DNA of 64,000 nt from Octopus bimaculoides. Its lineage: Eukaryota. A program made the position numbers and the translations under genes. Below are positions 50,475-63,599 of this stretch, piece by piece. The notes beneath the pieces are model-generated. The model was not told where the DNA came from and made no database searches. It saw only the letters and a list, made by a program, of their open reading frames with translations. Location of the stretch: positions 25,592,729 to 25,656,728 of the forward strand of contig NC_068998.1 in assembly GCF_001194135.2 (NCBI RefSeq), written 5' to 3'. Every line of letters starts with the position of its first letter. The first letter of the stretch is position 1.

Positions 50475-53295
50475 GTGAACTGAGAAGAGGATTTTTCTAT
50501 ATATGTCATTTAGATAAATATCAATTTATCTCCCTGATATTTTCCCTCCAATTTTCACACATTATACAATCTCAAATTACTTGTTACTTTATATATAACT
50601 TTCATCACACACTTTTTTAATCTTTGCTACTATTCTAAATTATTAACTCAACTTTCATTTTCATTAGAACAATGACAGAAATATTTTCGATGAAAGTAAA
50701 AACAAAGTCGGAAAGCTAAATAGTTTTCAGAATTAATTTGTATTTACGTGATTCTGTACATTAAGGGATATTACGGGTTTGCATTAAAGCACTTCTCTTT
50801 ATGTTTCTTATAAATTATAGATACGACTTTTCATATATTCTACATCTGAATATAATCATTAAACATCACGATGGAAATGATAAAGGTTAAATATACTTAA
50901 TCTTCTCAATAAATGTCTATACATACTACACACTCTTAAACACGTGAATATAATCCACACATACATATACAAACATTCTAAAGGCGTCTAGTCATTATGT
51001 CGTACGACAGAAATATATGACTTATGTAGTCATTCAATTGCAGCTGCTTATGAGTTGTTCTGATAAATTAAACAACTAAACTTAATACAGTTCTAATGTT
51101 TATAATGTTACTTTTCATATCCTATTTGTCATGAATATTTCCACCTGCCCCAGTGAGCAATAACGCTTTATGTTTGCCTCATAGACATTATTCTGGTGCT
51201 TACATTTTTAATGTTTTAGATTTTTATACTTTATATATAAAATATATTCAACATAAGATTCAAAGACACTTATGCACACAAGTACCTGTATTTATGTATT
51301 TGTATGTATATATTCGTATATGTGTATATTTCTATGTATTATTATGCGCATATATATATATATGTATATATACACACACACACATATACACATATATATA
51401 TATATACATACATGCATACATATTTATAAATGTATATGTGGGGGGAGGGTCGGGTTTAGTAGTGCGTGTGTGGGTGTATAGATCTACGTACAATGTAGCT
51501 ACTATATACTCATAGGCTTCAATGTATGCATGTGATACACACATAAGTATATGTGATACACAAATAAGTATATAAGAATAAATAAGTATTTACTATGTCA
51601 GTATTTTAGCACGAACAGCTAAGTTAGGAGAATGCAAACACACCACCACCGGTGGCCAAGCAGTGGAGGGGAACACAGACACACGAACACACACACATAC
51701 AAATATATACACACAACACACAGGCTCAAGCATACACACACACAGACATACACACACAGATATATACACATACCTGTTTATCTGCTATATATTGCACTTT
51801 CAGGTACCTGCGTGAATTATCCTAGATCTAATGATGGACAGATCTGAGTTTTATCGGAAGTATTTATCTCTAATATTAGCTGAAATAATCGAGGAAATTA
51901 ATGTAGAAAAATTGAATACATATACTGGGGAAATATTAACTAAAAACATTCGATTTACGAAAAGTCAGAATTTTAAACAAATGAATGTTGTTCTGACGCA
52001 ATTGAAGTAAGCTGTTGCATATTAGCTTCGAGGATGAATGGAAACTAAATATGTACAAATTGAAGAGAACTGCAACTTTGAAACGAAACACTTAAAGGAA
52101 TAAGAAACATTGAGACATTTAATAGGGTGTTGAAAGTTTCTAAGTGGATTCATGAACATAAAAAGTTGAAAAAGACAGATACAATGACGTGAGAGATGTT
52201 TCCCTGGCTCCACTGACACCCAAGGAAACAGAGATAAAACACGAATGTTAGATTTGTCAGGAAAGGAGACACGAGCTCTAATGGCCCTGCAACCACAAAT
52301 GTGAACACCAAGGAGATGAACAAGCTAAAATAGGAAACGAAAAGAAAGAAGAAAAGAAAGCAAAGCCTCTGAAAACAAACAGGAAAATGACGATGCGGAC
52401 ACAAAAAAGTAGAAACGCAAAATAGAAGAACCAAGGAAAGATTGACCATGCGCGAAAGTACGAATAGTTAAAAGAAAGTAAACGCTGTAACAAGAAAGAC
52501 CCCACACAATAGAAATGGGATGAGAGATCACATACAAGCGTATAAATTCTACCTACGCGGTGTCTGCTGGCATGGAGTCAATGGAGCAAACTGTCGTTTC
52601 CCACATCCAAATCCCTGCCAAAGCTGCATGTGACAGAAGAAACAGATCTGTTATTGGGTGTCTTTCTTGTGGTGGTGGTGGTGGTGGCTGAGGAGGAGGA
52701 GGAGGAAATGTTCGTGGTGGTGGTGCCTATGGTGGTAGCGATGGAGGCGGCAGTGTTCTTGCTANNNNNNNNNNNNNNNNNNNNNNNNNNNNNNNNNNNN
52801 NNNNNNNNNNNNNNNNNNNNNNNNNNNNNNNNNNNNNNNNNNNNNNNNNNNNNNNNNNNNNNNNNNNNNNNNNNNNNNNNNNNNTCCTGATTCTCGTTGT
52901 CGTTTTTCTTTTTTGATTCCGTGGTTTTGGTGAAGGTCTTGAAATTACGGTCATGGGTTTCCTCTGCTGTGTTGTCGCTACTGTTGCTGTTATCATTGTT
53001 ACTACTTCTGCTGCTGTCACTGCCTTGTTCTCTCCCCCCCCCCATCGGACACATAAACGTCGTTCGCCACCTTTTACTTTTCAAACAAAAATTGGGGAGG
53101 TGTGTCTTTGCTAATCAAACCCCATTTTAGCTCCTAAGTATTACAGATTGAGAAAAGTAACCAGCGCTCTAACGGCCTGGTTAATTTATGTAGAAAACTA
53201 TAACAATTGTTCAGTATATGTCTTCGTTTAAAAATAGAAATAATAACAAACTTACAATGTGCAATACGTGTCTATAAAAATAATAATAATAATCG

Positions 53296-53503
53296 TTTCT
53301 ACTACATACACAAGGCCCGAAATTGGGGGGGGGGGTAGTTGATTAGGTTGTCCTCAGTACTCGACTGGTACGTTTTGCATCGACTACGAGATGATGAAAG
53401 AAAAAGTCTACATCGGCGAAAAATGAACTGAGAGCGTAGCGACGGATGACGTACCGCTAAGAATTTTCCTGGCTTGCTAACGATTCTGCCAGCTTGCCGC
53501 CTT
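53296..53503 (-). mobile_element. SINE family A
   Basis: Reverse complement of head aaggcggcaagctggcagaatcgttagc and of the cccaatttcgggccttgtg-type tail. Confidence 0.85.
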
Positions 53504-53504
53504 A

Positions 53505-53609
53505 AAGAAGAAGAAGAAGAAGAAGAAGAAGAAGAAGAAGAAGAAGAAGAAGAAGAAGAAGAAGAAGAAGAAGAAGAAGAAGAAGAAGAAGAAGAATAAG
53601 AAGAAGAAG
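53505..53609. repeat. (GAA)n microsatellite
   Basis: Directly visible. Confidence 0.97.
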
Positions 53610-55870
53610 GCGTATGTCAGTCAAATCTTGGCCTTCGCGTGGCTCAGCTGTTCAGAACTTGCAGTAGAAAGGAAATGAAAGGGTGAGTGTCTGGCATCTT
53701 CAAATAACCAGTGCTCCGGGTAGGTTGAGTTCCTTAGACCTGGATAGCACTCAGCCCAGAAGTAAGACCACTCTGATTCCAAAACCACGGGTGGAAGGCC
53801 TCGATGAGCAACCTTTTTAGAGATAGTATCTCGTTAAAAATATTGCTTGGCGACACCCCCTAAGAACGTTCCTCATTTATGAGTGAAAATATCAAACAAA
53901 ATCGCTAACTATAAACGGTGTGATCGGGTATGGAACAGTGAAGATGCTGGACCAGGCAAGCATCTTAAGGGGCAGCAGGTTGGGTCCGGTTGTAATACAG
54001 CCACTGCCAGCTATGCTGCAAGACAAAAGTGGATTAAACAAGTAAACATGATGGTTATGCTGTGTTACTATCGGAGCATTTCTGTAGATACAAATGGTGT
54101 ACCAGTCACAGGATACAGACAACGAATGTACAGAGAATGGAAAAGGATTGAACTGTTTGAAGCCACAGAGCAGGCAGAGATTATGTGGTCAGACAAGAGC
54201 AATACGAAAGAATGTGTGGTTATCGGGTTGGAGGTAGAAGCTATCATAGAAGAATATCTGAGAATTCTGAGATGATACGAAATGAAAGGGGTATAATAGA
54301 AGAAATGGACAATTTCTCACGAGAATATAGTGTTGTGATTGGTGAAAGAATCGAGATCAGAGACAATTTAAACGATAAAGATTAGATGATAATCAACAGA
54401 GGTTTGAATCTACTAAATAGGAACAGACAGCATTTATGTGTGCTTTCAAGAAAGCTGATCAATGATGGCTAAATCAAGAGATTATTTAGGGTGATAATGT
54501 ATTGAAAGATATTGAAATAATGAACACCACTAAAACAGATAAACTCCTCAAGGCTACAAGTAGGATTGCTGCAGAAAGGATACGACTGAAAATTAGTGAG
54601 AACAGAAGCTTGTAAAGTAAATAAACAACCTTGGTGAAAAAGGAGAATATCAGAAGATATAAGCTCTTTGAAAAGTGCAGCGTCAATACTTGACTGGAAA
54701 AGGAAAGGGGAACTGAAGGATGATCTGAAAGACTAAACAAACAAAAGGACTGAATATTGTAAATGAAGAGCTGAAACAACGCATACTTGCCAAGAAGTCC
54801 AAAGTAACGAGGTTTGAGCAAACGATTAAACAATATCGGTTTAGAATCGACCTGAAAAATTTTATCAAGAAATGATTTAGCACGCGTAAGATTAATACCT
54901 GGCGCAGGTGATACTCGACAGTTTTGAGTGCAATATGGAATATGAAAGAACAACATACTACTGGAGCTGAATGGCCCTGCAGTCTAAAGCAAACATCCTC
55001 GCTACCGAGGACATTCAGAAACATGAGCAAAAGTAAGAGCAAAAACATGAGCAATCGGAAAGCAGCAGGACCTGTTGTTCAGGGATTCTGGATTAAAAAA
55101 AATTCAGGAGGTGCCATAAATTGATTAAAGAGAATTTAATGTATTGATTGTTGGGGCAGAAGAAATTCCAGGGTGATTAACCAAAGGACGAACAGTGTTG
55201 TGTTTGAATGATATATAGAAAGGAAATGCCGCAGGCAATTAAAGGCCTATTTCTTGCCTTCCATTAATTTGGTGGTTACTGCCGGGGGTGGGGGATTGCA
55301 GACATGTACAAATTTCTTGATGGTAATGACATTGTACCAATGGTACCACAAGGATTGTAAAAAGAAATGCAGTGGTGCCAAAGACTAATTGATACATGAA
55401 ATGGTAATAAAAGATTGTAAACAAAGGAAGACAAATTTAGTAATGGCTGGATTGATTACGGCAACACTTACGATATGATTCCCAATTGGTGGAGTTCTTC
55501 GATATCTTTGGAATTGTAAGGACTGTAACATGCTTTCTGAAGAAAAATATGGAGGGCTTCAAATCTGAGTTGTTACCGTACAGACAAAGCTTGGGCACTC
55601 TGGGAATGACGACAGGGATTTTACACGGAGGTAGCTTATCGCCATGCATTTTGGACAATGCATGAACCTCTGACATTGGTGCTGACGAAAATAGACCAGG
55701 AATATCATTTCAAGGGAAAAATACAGAGTGCCAATCATCCTTGATAATTTAAAGCTGTGGCAAGAATACGATACAAGTAAGATACTTGGTGAATATTCCC
55801 CACTGTTTTATTGCTGATGTTAAGATGGAATTCGGACACACGACCAGCAGTTTTAGGGGAGGCGGTTCTC
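53610..55870 (+). mobile_element. R4/Dong-like non-LTR retrotransposon, 5' part through RT, decayed and 3'-truncated
   Basis: KWIKQVNMMVMLCYYRS...GYRQRMYREW, NRKAAGPVVQGFWIKK, DYGNTYDMIP, GILHGGSLSP, and DNLKL/MEFG match R4/Dong ORF motifs. Confidence 0.8.
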
Positions 55871-55905
55871 AGTGTGCAACAAGTATTTATGTTATCGACC
55901 ACGAA

Positions 55906-55906
<1 letters not shown>

Positions 55907-55962
<56 letters not shown>

Positions 55963-55975
55963 GAGTAGTAGTAGT
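55907..55975. repeat. (TAG)n microsatellite
   Basis: Directly visible. Confidence 0.95.
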
Positions 55976-56405
55976 CGTATAGCTGTGAAAGCGATTGTAA
56001 AACTTAGTTACTAGTGTAAAAATGTAAGGATATAATTAGAGTAAGATTAAAACAATTCGAAAATAATAAAAAGAAATAAAAATAAGATAAATATTCCCAA
56101 ATAGAAATTAGATGGGATGTGCGTAGAAATAGCGTTAATGTGTCGATCAAAATAGAACTCGGGTTATCTGGGTGAGAATAATAGTGATTGTTAAAATTTA
56201 AATGCAATTAAAAAAAACAACTGTTGCAAATTTTACCTGGTAGGATAGTGAGAAGCTGTGTTACTAAAGGGTTACATGGTCATAATGTGCTTAACGGTTA
56301 GTGTATATATACATGTATATATATTTATACACAGAGACAGACACACACACACACATACACACACACAAAAACACATACACACTCACATATGTATGTATAT
56401 GTATG

Positions 56406-56450
<45 letters not shown>

Positions 56451-57014
56451 CGGAAAGACGATTCGTCACATTCCTGGCCAGCCACATGTGACGCCTCTAG
56501 CATGAAGGAACCCCATACGATATCAAGTGAAGAATTCATAGAACGGCCGGAAACCCTTCGTTACCGAAAGCTGATGTTGCAAGCTTTGTATTGCTAAACG
56601 AGTTAGGAACCTCAAAGAATCACTGAAAGCTGGATCACTGAAAGCTGGACTACTGAATGCTCGTGAGGAAAGTTACAGCCCCTGCATCCATCTCCGTTCT
56701 CTGATTAGACCCGGAAAAGACCTTACGAAATGAAAGCAGCCCAAACGCAAAATGCCCTTTTCCCCACCTTTTGGCTGAAATAAACTGTTCTAAGGGAGGT
56801 AACCCATCCTCTCCGATCCGAGTGTTTATTCTTTGGTGATTTACTAACCACCTGACTGTAACGGATTGCTGCTTCATCCAGATGAAGAGTTACATTTGTC
56901 TTCGACTTTAGAATCTGGCGAGCCGTCCACGGGGCTAAGCCCTTTGTGGATGCGAAACCATTGGTCACTTTATAACCAGACATAGATTTAATTACATATA
57001 AATGTATGTATATA

Positions 57015-57200
57015 TATAGGGGGAGAATTCACAAAAAAAAACAAAAGACGAAGACAAGCGGTATAGACGACAAACACATGTATTAGTATAACGCTCGGGA
57101 AATGAAAAAGTCTTTAACGTTTCGAGCCTACGCTCTTCAACAGAAAGGAACACAGAATGAAACAAGGAGAGAAAATAAAGAATGTGTAGTGGCTACCGAT
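57015..57200 (-). repeat. ~170-bp Penelope-pLTR-like repeat with (TA)n tail, copy 2
   Basis: Reverse complement is homologous to 33968-34135. Confidence 0.8.
57112..57147 (-). ncRNA. Minimal type I hammerhead-like motif with CUGUUGA core, copy 2
   Basis: Minus strand: CTTT-CTGTTGA-A-GAGC-GTAG-GCTC-GAAAC-GTT-AAAG. Confidence 0.55.
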
Positions 57201-59042
57201 CTATCATGGCCTCCTTGTTTCTTTATGTTTTCCTTTCTCGGCTTCCAAGTGGAGATTATTGAGATGGATCTCTGTGAGGACGAAAAAACGGATATGGCGT
57301 GGATGGTCATTAACCTAGTCCTCAATAAATTGGGCTGATGCCTGGTGCATTGAGCAAAAATGTTGAGGCGTAGTTGTGACTGATTTTGACTGTTTTGATG
57401 ATTTGCTTGTTAATGGCAGCAATAGGAGTTTCTGCGATAGGACGCTGGTGGGAGTTGTCTTCTGTGATCGCTAGAATGTTCTTTTGTAGCTCTTTTGCCA
57501 GATTCATTCTGGCTAAAAAAGGATTCTGCTTGGAGAATTGGAAATATTTGTAGTTGTGTGTTTTATATTAGTTAGGGTTCCCGCGTGCGCATTTTGTTTC
57601 TTTCATATTCGTTTACAGCAAGTTGTTTTACACCTATTACACTATTTTTCTCTTTATTTTGGCTGTAGTGAGACGACTCGGAACATTCATGAGGTGATTT
57701 TTCCGAGTCCTCTCCCCCACCCACTGTTCGCGAACGCGCAATTATTTTTCCATATTCGTTTACAGCAAGTTGTTTTATACTTATTACACTATTTCTCTTC
57801 TTTTCTTTTCTTTTGCTTTGATGAAGAAATTTGTAGTTCGAAAGTGAAGGGTGTTTAAGTTTTACGAAATTCTGTGATAGTTTGATACGTATAGTCTTGT
57901 ATATGTGGCCGTTAGTTTTAATGGGAGAGTTTTCAACAGAGATATAGGAGTGGGAAGTGAAAAGTCTGCGGTTAAATTCTGAGTGCTCTATGAATTTAAT
58001 AAAATCGCAGGATGCATGTGTACGTGCATATATATCCAATAGAATCACAGGAGAAATTTATACTGTACTCACGAGAACTCATATCTTTTTCCACACGTTA
58101 CTGCAGGCAGTATGAGGTCAAAATTAAACTTCGGTTGATTTTTTTATCGTAGTTTTCGCAAGAATTAGGAATTAAANNNNNNNNNNNNNNNNNNNNNNNN
58201 NNNNNNNNNNNNNNNNNNNNNNNNNNNNNNNNNNNNNNNNNNNNNNNNNNNNNNNNNNNNNNNNNNNNNNNNNNNNNNNNNNNNNNNNNNNNNNNNNNNN
58301 NNNNNNNNNNNNNNNNNNNNNNNNNNNNNNNNNNNNNNNNNNNNNNNNNNNNNNNNNNNNNNNNNNNNNNNNNNNNNNNNNNNNNNNNNNNNNNNNNNNN
58401 NNNNNNNNNNNNNNNNNNNNNNNNNNNNNNNNNNNNNNNNNNNNNNNNNNNNNNNNNNNNNNNNNNNNNNNNNNNNNNNNNNNNNNNNNNNNNNNNNNNN
58501 NNNNNNNNNNNNNNNNNNNNNNNNNNNNNNNNNNNNNNNNNNNNNNNNNNNNNNNNNNNNNNNNNNNNNNNNNNNNNNNNNNNNNNNNNNNNNNNNNNNN
58601 NNNNNNNNNNNNNNGGGAGAAGAGGGGGAGAGAGAGGGGGAGAGAGAGACATGTACTTTTGTATATATCTCTCTCAGGAACACATACTTGCACATACCAA
58701 GTAATACTATAATAAACTTATATTATATACGTTCGTTGGTGATTAATACTTACTCTAATTCAAGAACTTCTAAACTATTTCGGAATGAATAGGGACAGAG
58801 ATACGTGATTGTTCATATTAAGAAAACAATAACACCTGCTACATCAAATATAGAAGCGACAAAAGGATCGTTAGAAATGAAAAAACAATTTCTTTAGTTT
58901 TAAAGTCTAGATAAAACTATCTCCAAACAGAATCTGAAATTATATAGGATGCTGTGAGAAGGAAGAATATTCTGAAGATGTCAATTACCGTTCTTATTTC
59001 ATAATCACTTCCCTCTCTGTAGCTATTCCTAATTTTCACTAG

Positions 59043-59164
59043 GTTATGGGGAAGTGTATCGATATTATCTGTTCCTGGATCTTATACAAGAGACAGCCAT
59101 GCATACTATACGCTTAGAACTGCATACCACCAAAACTTACACCTGGGAATTATTGAACACGAAG
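59043..59164 (+). CDS. Candidate 122-nt coding exon
   Basis: Branch-like cctaat, acceptor ttttcactag|G, donor AAG|gtaaaa, GC-richer than flanks. Two frames are open: LWGSVSILSVPGSYTRDSHAYYTLRTAYHQNLHLGIIEHE or YGEVYRYYLFLDLIQETAMHTIRLELHTTKTYTWELLNTK. Confidence 0.5.
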
Positions 59165-59725
59165 GTAAAAGTAGATAGAGTTTATAGATTTATTAACAGC
59201 TTGAGACTACAGGAAATTATTTATCATTAAATGACTGAAAAGAGAAAACAGTTATCATGATGCCTCGGTGATCGAATATTTATAGTCTATAGAACGCACA
59301 GAATAAAAAAGTATTCGAAAACTACTAAAAGTTCAGGGAGACGATACAAAATTTTAATGAGAATAAATAGCACATTCACGATAATTTCTTTAGCGTCGTC
59401 AATAAGTTTTCCTATTTGCATAAATAATATATTTTATTTTACCAATTACTCTTTTCATTAAATAATTTCATTTTTTATTGATTATTATATCTCATTTAAC
59501 TATTCTGTGATGTATTGATCGAATATTGCAAGGCTATTATATCCGTTTGTAACATTGAGATATGTCTCGAAACCCCTGTAAAATAGTTATATTTCAGAAA
59601 TTAGAAGCGCAATAATTATATTTTTATTTCTGTAGTCTGCCAAATTTCCATATGTTTTAAATACAAGAAGAACCTATAAATTACTTTCTAAGTTAGTGAA
59701 AGAATCGTTAGTGTAAACCGATGCT

Positions 59726-60157
59726 AAGGCGGCGAGCTGGCAGAAACGTTAGCACGCCGGGCGAAATGCTTAGCAGTATTTCGTCTGCGTTTACGTACTG
59801 AGTTCAAATTCCGCCGAGGTCGACTTAGCCTTTCATCCATTCTCACTCGATTAAATAAGTACCAGTTACGCACTGGTGTCGATGTAATTGATTTAATCCC
59901 TTTGTTTGTCCTTGTTTGTCCCCTCTATGTTTAGCCCCTTGTGGGTAATAAAGAAATAAGAAACATTAGCACGCCGGGCGAAATGCTCAGCGGTATTTCA
60001 TCTATCTTTACATTTCGAGTTCAAATTCTGTCGAGGTCGACTTTGCCTTTCATCCTTTCGGGGTTGATAAATTAAGTACAAGTTGCGTACTGGTGTCCAT
60101 CTAATCGACTGGTGCTCTTCCCCAAAATTTCAGGCCTTGTGCCTAGAGTAGAAGAGA
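59726..60157 (+). mobile_element. Tandem pair of SINE family A copies with different 3' tails
   Basis: Copy 1 (59726-59958) ends tgtcccctctatgtttagccccttgtgggtaataaagaaata. Copy 2 (59959-60157) ends ccccaaaatttcaggccttgtgcctagagtagaagagaat. Both have a B-box gagttcaaattc. Confidence 0.92.
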
Positions 60158-61847
60158 ATATTTTATGAAGAAACCTGTGTGAATCAATGCTTTGCAGATT
60201 TATGTTAAGATTCAAAACGTATATCAGCCGACTTGAAGAGACACAAAATATGTGCCATCAATATGCTGAGCGCATTGCTATTAGCTTTTCCCATTCGATC
60301 TGAACTTGTGACCTGTAACAGCTTTACAAATCATTACAGCCAGATCACGCTAATGATGGAAACTCAAAGGCTTTGCAGTCTATAGTTTCGTTGGTTCTCA
60401 CAATGGTTGAAATAAAGTGAACATTTAATATGAATATCTGATAAGATATTCGATTAAATTTAGCCACACTCCTACAACGGTAACATAAAATTATATTAGT
60501 TATCAAATAAAATACACTATACGTTTTATTTGTAATGAGGTGTATAGTTTAATATTCCACGTAATTGCTTCAAATTTTTATTGTTTTGGGTCGATACACC
60601 TGGTTTGTTTATAACATCATTTAATATTTTCAGGGATGATAGATTTTCATTTAACATTATAGACTTAATAGCCCAACATCAGACGAATTGAAATAGAGAT
60701 ATTTTAATTGGTTACCTTTGTAAATATGTTTTTTTAACTTTTATCACCTATCACGTATCAGTTGATGTTCTCAGATTTCATTGTTAGTAAAATTAATCGT
60801 AATAGTGTTTATAGCCGCCTTATTAATATATTTTAAAAAAATAAGCTTTAAATATTTGCGTTTTTTTCTTCTCGCGTGTAACGTAAATGTTTTTCTATCC
60901 AATTGGCGTCGTTTAGATTGCTGGAACATATGAAATATATCTTGTAAACGCTATTTCAATTTCCTGTAGCACTAATTCACCATAGAAAAACCATGGGCGT
61001 TACAAGTGTCCTATCGCAAATCCTTTAACTTTTTTTTTTGTATATAATCACCAGAAAACAATGTTTAGGAGAAAACCTTTAAATAACTGGAAAGGAGCTA
61101 TTTTAATAAACAAATGGTTTACATTGCAACGAAACCGATGAGGGAGCCAGTTTAATATCCTGGGTAACTTTTTTTAAATGTTGCAAGCTATCAAACGGTC
61201 GATCATATAAATCGACTTCCAGCAACTTGAAGAAAGAAAATCCAAAGGAATTATTTAAGTTGTAGTCACTTTCGTGAATTTTATATTAATGACGAATGAC
61301 GAATATATATGTAAAAACTTAAAGGGAATTGTTGAATTGAAACGAACTGTTTATCACTAACTTCACATCTCAAAAATAGCCAACTGACATGTATTAGCTG
61401 TGACAAATATTTGAGAACATAATTTGAAGCGGAGTCATCTAAGGTTTCTAACAGCAAATTTACATTGGTCATAGCACCGTTTTTCACACACTCTTTCTTT
61501 ACTTCATATAACACGCAAACATAAAGTCTAAAAGATTTTTCCTTAAATATTAGGCTCTGTTATTGCCAATTATAATGATTAGTCTATTATTATTTTTTTA
61601 AAGAAAGAAGATTGAGATTGGTACGAGGATTCATTTTAAGTAGAAACCTAACATTTTTCTACTATGTACACATTTATTGACAACAATGTTACTCTTATAA
61701 AATCTATGTAAGTAATGCTTTGAATATGCGTTATCTTAGTTCTGAAGCCGAATCTAAAACAATTATTATTATCTTATAATGTTCTATAAAACTTTATGTA
61801 CACACACATACACATACACACAAACCCACGCACATACATATATACAA

Positions 61848-61879
<32 letters not shown>

Positions 61880-61996
61880 NNNNNNNNNNNNNNNNNNNNN
61901 NNNNNNNNNNNNNNNNNNNNNNNNNNNNNNNNNNNNNNNNNNNNNNNNNNNNNNNNNNATATACACACATTATATGTATGTACGTATATGTATATA

Positions 61997-63255
61997 CAGG
62001 GTGCGTAAGACATTTAACGACAGATTTATATTTATATAATAATAGATAATAACTTTATTTATCAAAAAATGCTATGAGGATAAAAGTAAATCTTCTTCTT
62101 TCAAATGTTATTCAATTAAATCACCTTCAGCTTCAACAACTGCCTTTGTATGAAATCTATATCATCTACATGCTCGAATCAAGTGGTCCTGGTTCATTTT
62201 GGACATTACTTTGACTATGGCAGCTTTCAAAGAATCTTTGCTATTATGGGTGTATTCATTGACCTATCTCTCTCCCTCCCCCTCTCTCCCCCTCTCTCTC
62301 TCTCGACAACAACATTCCACATGTAATAGTTCAATGGATTGAAATCTGGGGAATTAGGAGACCAAATGTGAGGGGTTCTGTGATCATGAACATTTTCAGC
62401 CTTCTATCCCTGTGTTACTAGAGCCATGTGTGATAGTGCAGCGTCTTACTGAAACACATACGGCCTTCCATTGCATACACTGTTTATCTAGGGCTTAACA
62501 ATTATATCAAGTAACTCAATCTAGGCATCAGAGTTAATTCTAAGGTCTTGTAGAAAGAAGTAAGGAGGTATCACATGTCCTTCATAGCTGTCAGATTCTA
62601 AAACTATGACAGTCGCAGGAAATTTTGTAGGCATAACACATGGAACTTCAGAACGGTCTTCACATAACCATCTGTCATTTCTTCTGTTAACTTTTTTGAT
62701 CTTGGTCGAAGGTTTTCTCGTTTGAGAAAAGCCAAATAAAATCTTTTTCTGCTGGATTTTTCAGTTTTTTTAAGAGCCGTTTGGATCTGATGTAATAATT
62801 TTCTTTTGCTTTGTTTAACAAATTAACTTTTCCTTATCATATAAGACTTAAATCTGATGTCTTCAAAGATAACATTTCTGAATGTTCCTTCTAACACTTG
62901 GAGACTTTTGCAATTGACCTCATGGATTTTCTGGGATTGTAATCAATGGTCTGTTGAACTTGCTGGATAAATTCAGGTGTTCAGGTGTTCTGATGATTTC
63001 AAAGCGTTTAGAATGCTATTTTTGTTTTGATTCTCGTGACATGTTTCCATCTTCTGTTTCTAGCTCCTTACAAAGATGTAGACTAAAGATCTGGACACAT
63101 TTAAAAACCGAGATTTTTCTAAATCGCTATGCTCAGCCTTTATAACCACAATAATGGCATGCATCTTCATTTCTTGAGTAAGCTGAGAGTCCGCGGTTAC
63201 TATTTTCTGAAACAAAGATTATACAGATTTAGCAAAAGATGCCTTACGTACCCCA
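61997..63255 (-). mobile_element. DD37D/maT-like transposon, full length, pseudogenised
   Basis: TIRs cagggtgcgtaagacat and atgccttacgtacccca with TA flanks. HAIIVVIKAEHSDLE, WLFSNEKTFDQDQK, WLCEDRSEVPCVMPTKFPA, and WSPNSPDFNPLNYYMW. A (CT)n tract has expanded inside. Confidence 0.88.
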
Positions 63256-63262
63256 TATATAA

Positions 63263-63435
63263 AGGTGCAGGCGTGTCTGTGTGGAAGGAAGTTTGCTTCG
63301 TAACCACATGGTTCCTTGTTTAGTCCTACTTCTTAGCACCTTGGGCAAGTGTTTTTTATTATAACCCCGGATCGAACAAACCGTTGTGAGTGGAGTTGGT
63401 AGACAGAGACTAAAACAAGCTTGTCGCATAAATAT
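63263..63435 (+). mobile_element. SINE family B, 5' half
   Basis: ggcgtgtctgtgtggaaggaagtttgcttcgtaaccacatggttcc...caccttgggcaagtg, running into (TA)n and a gap. Confidence 0.8.
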
Positions 63436-63599
63436 ATATATATATATATATATANNNNNNNNNNNNNNNNNNNNNNNNNNNNNNNNNNNNNNNNNNNNNN
63501 NNNNNNNNNNNNNNNNNNNNNNNNNNNNNNNNNNNNNNNNNNNNNNNNNNNNNNNNNNNNNNNNNNNNNNNNNNNNNNNNNNNNNNAAGAAAGCTCATG

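Noticed and set aside
52570-53090. S/T/N-rich minus-strand ORF spanning a gap
   Set aside because: Low-complexity trinucleotide-like sequence without a recognisable domain or splice sites.
53610-53680. Possible HDV-like ribozyme at the R4-like 5' end (GCC-TTCGCGT-GGC resembles P3/L3)
   Set aside because: I could not find convincing P1 or P2 pairing.
61281-61514. 77-aa protein-like minus-strand ORF
   Set aside because: No homology recognised and the splice sites are only mediocre; within chance expectation.
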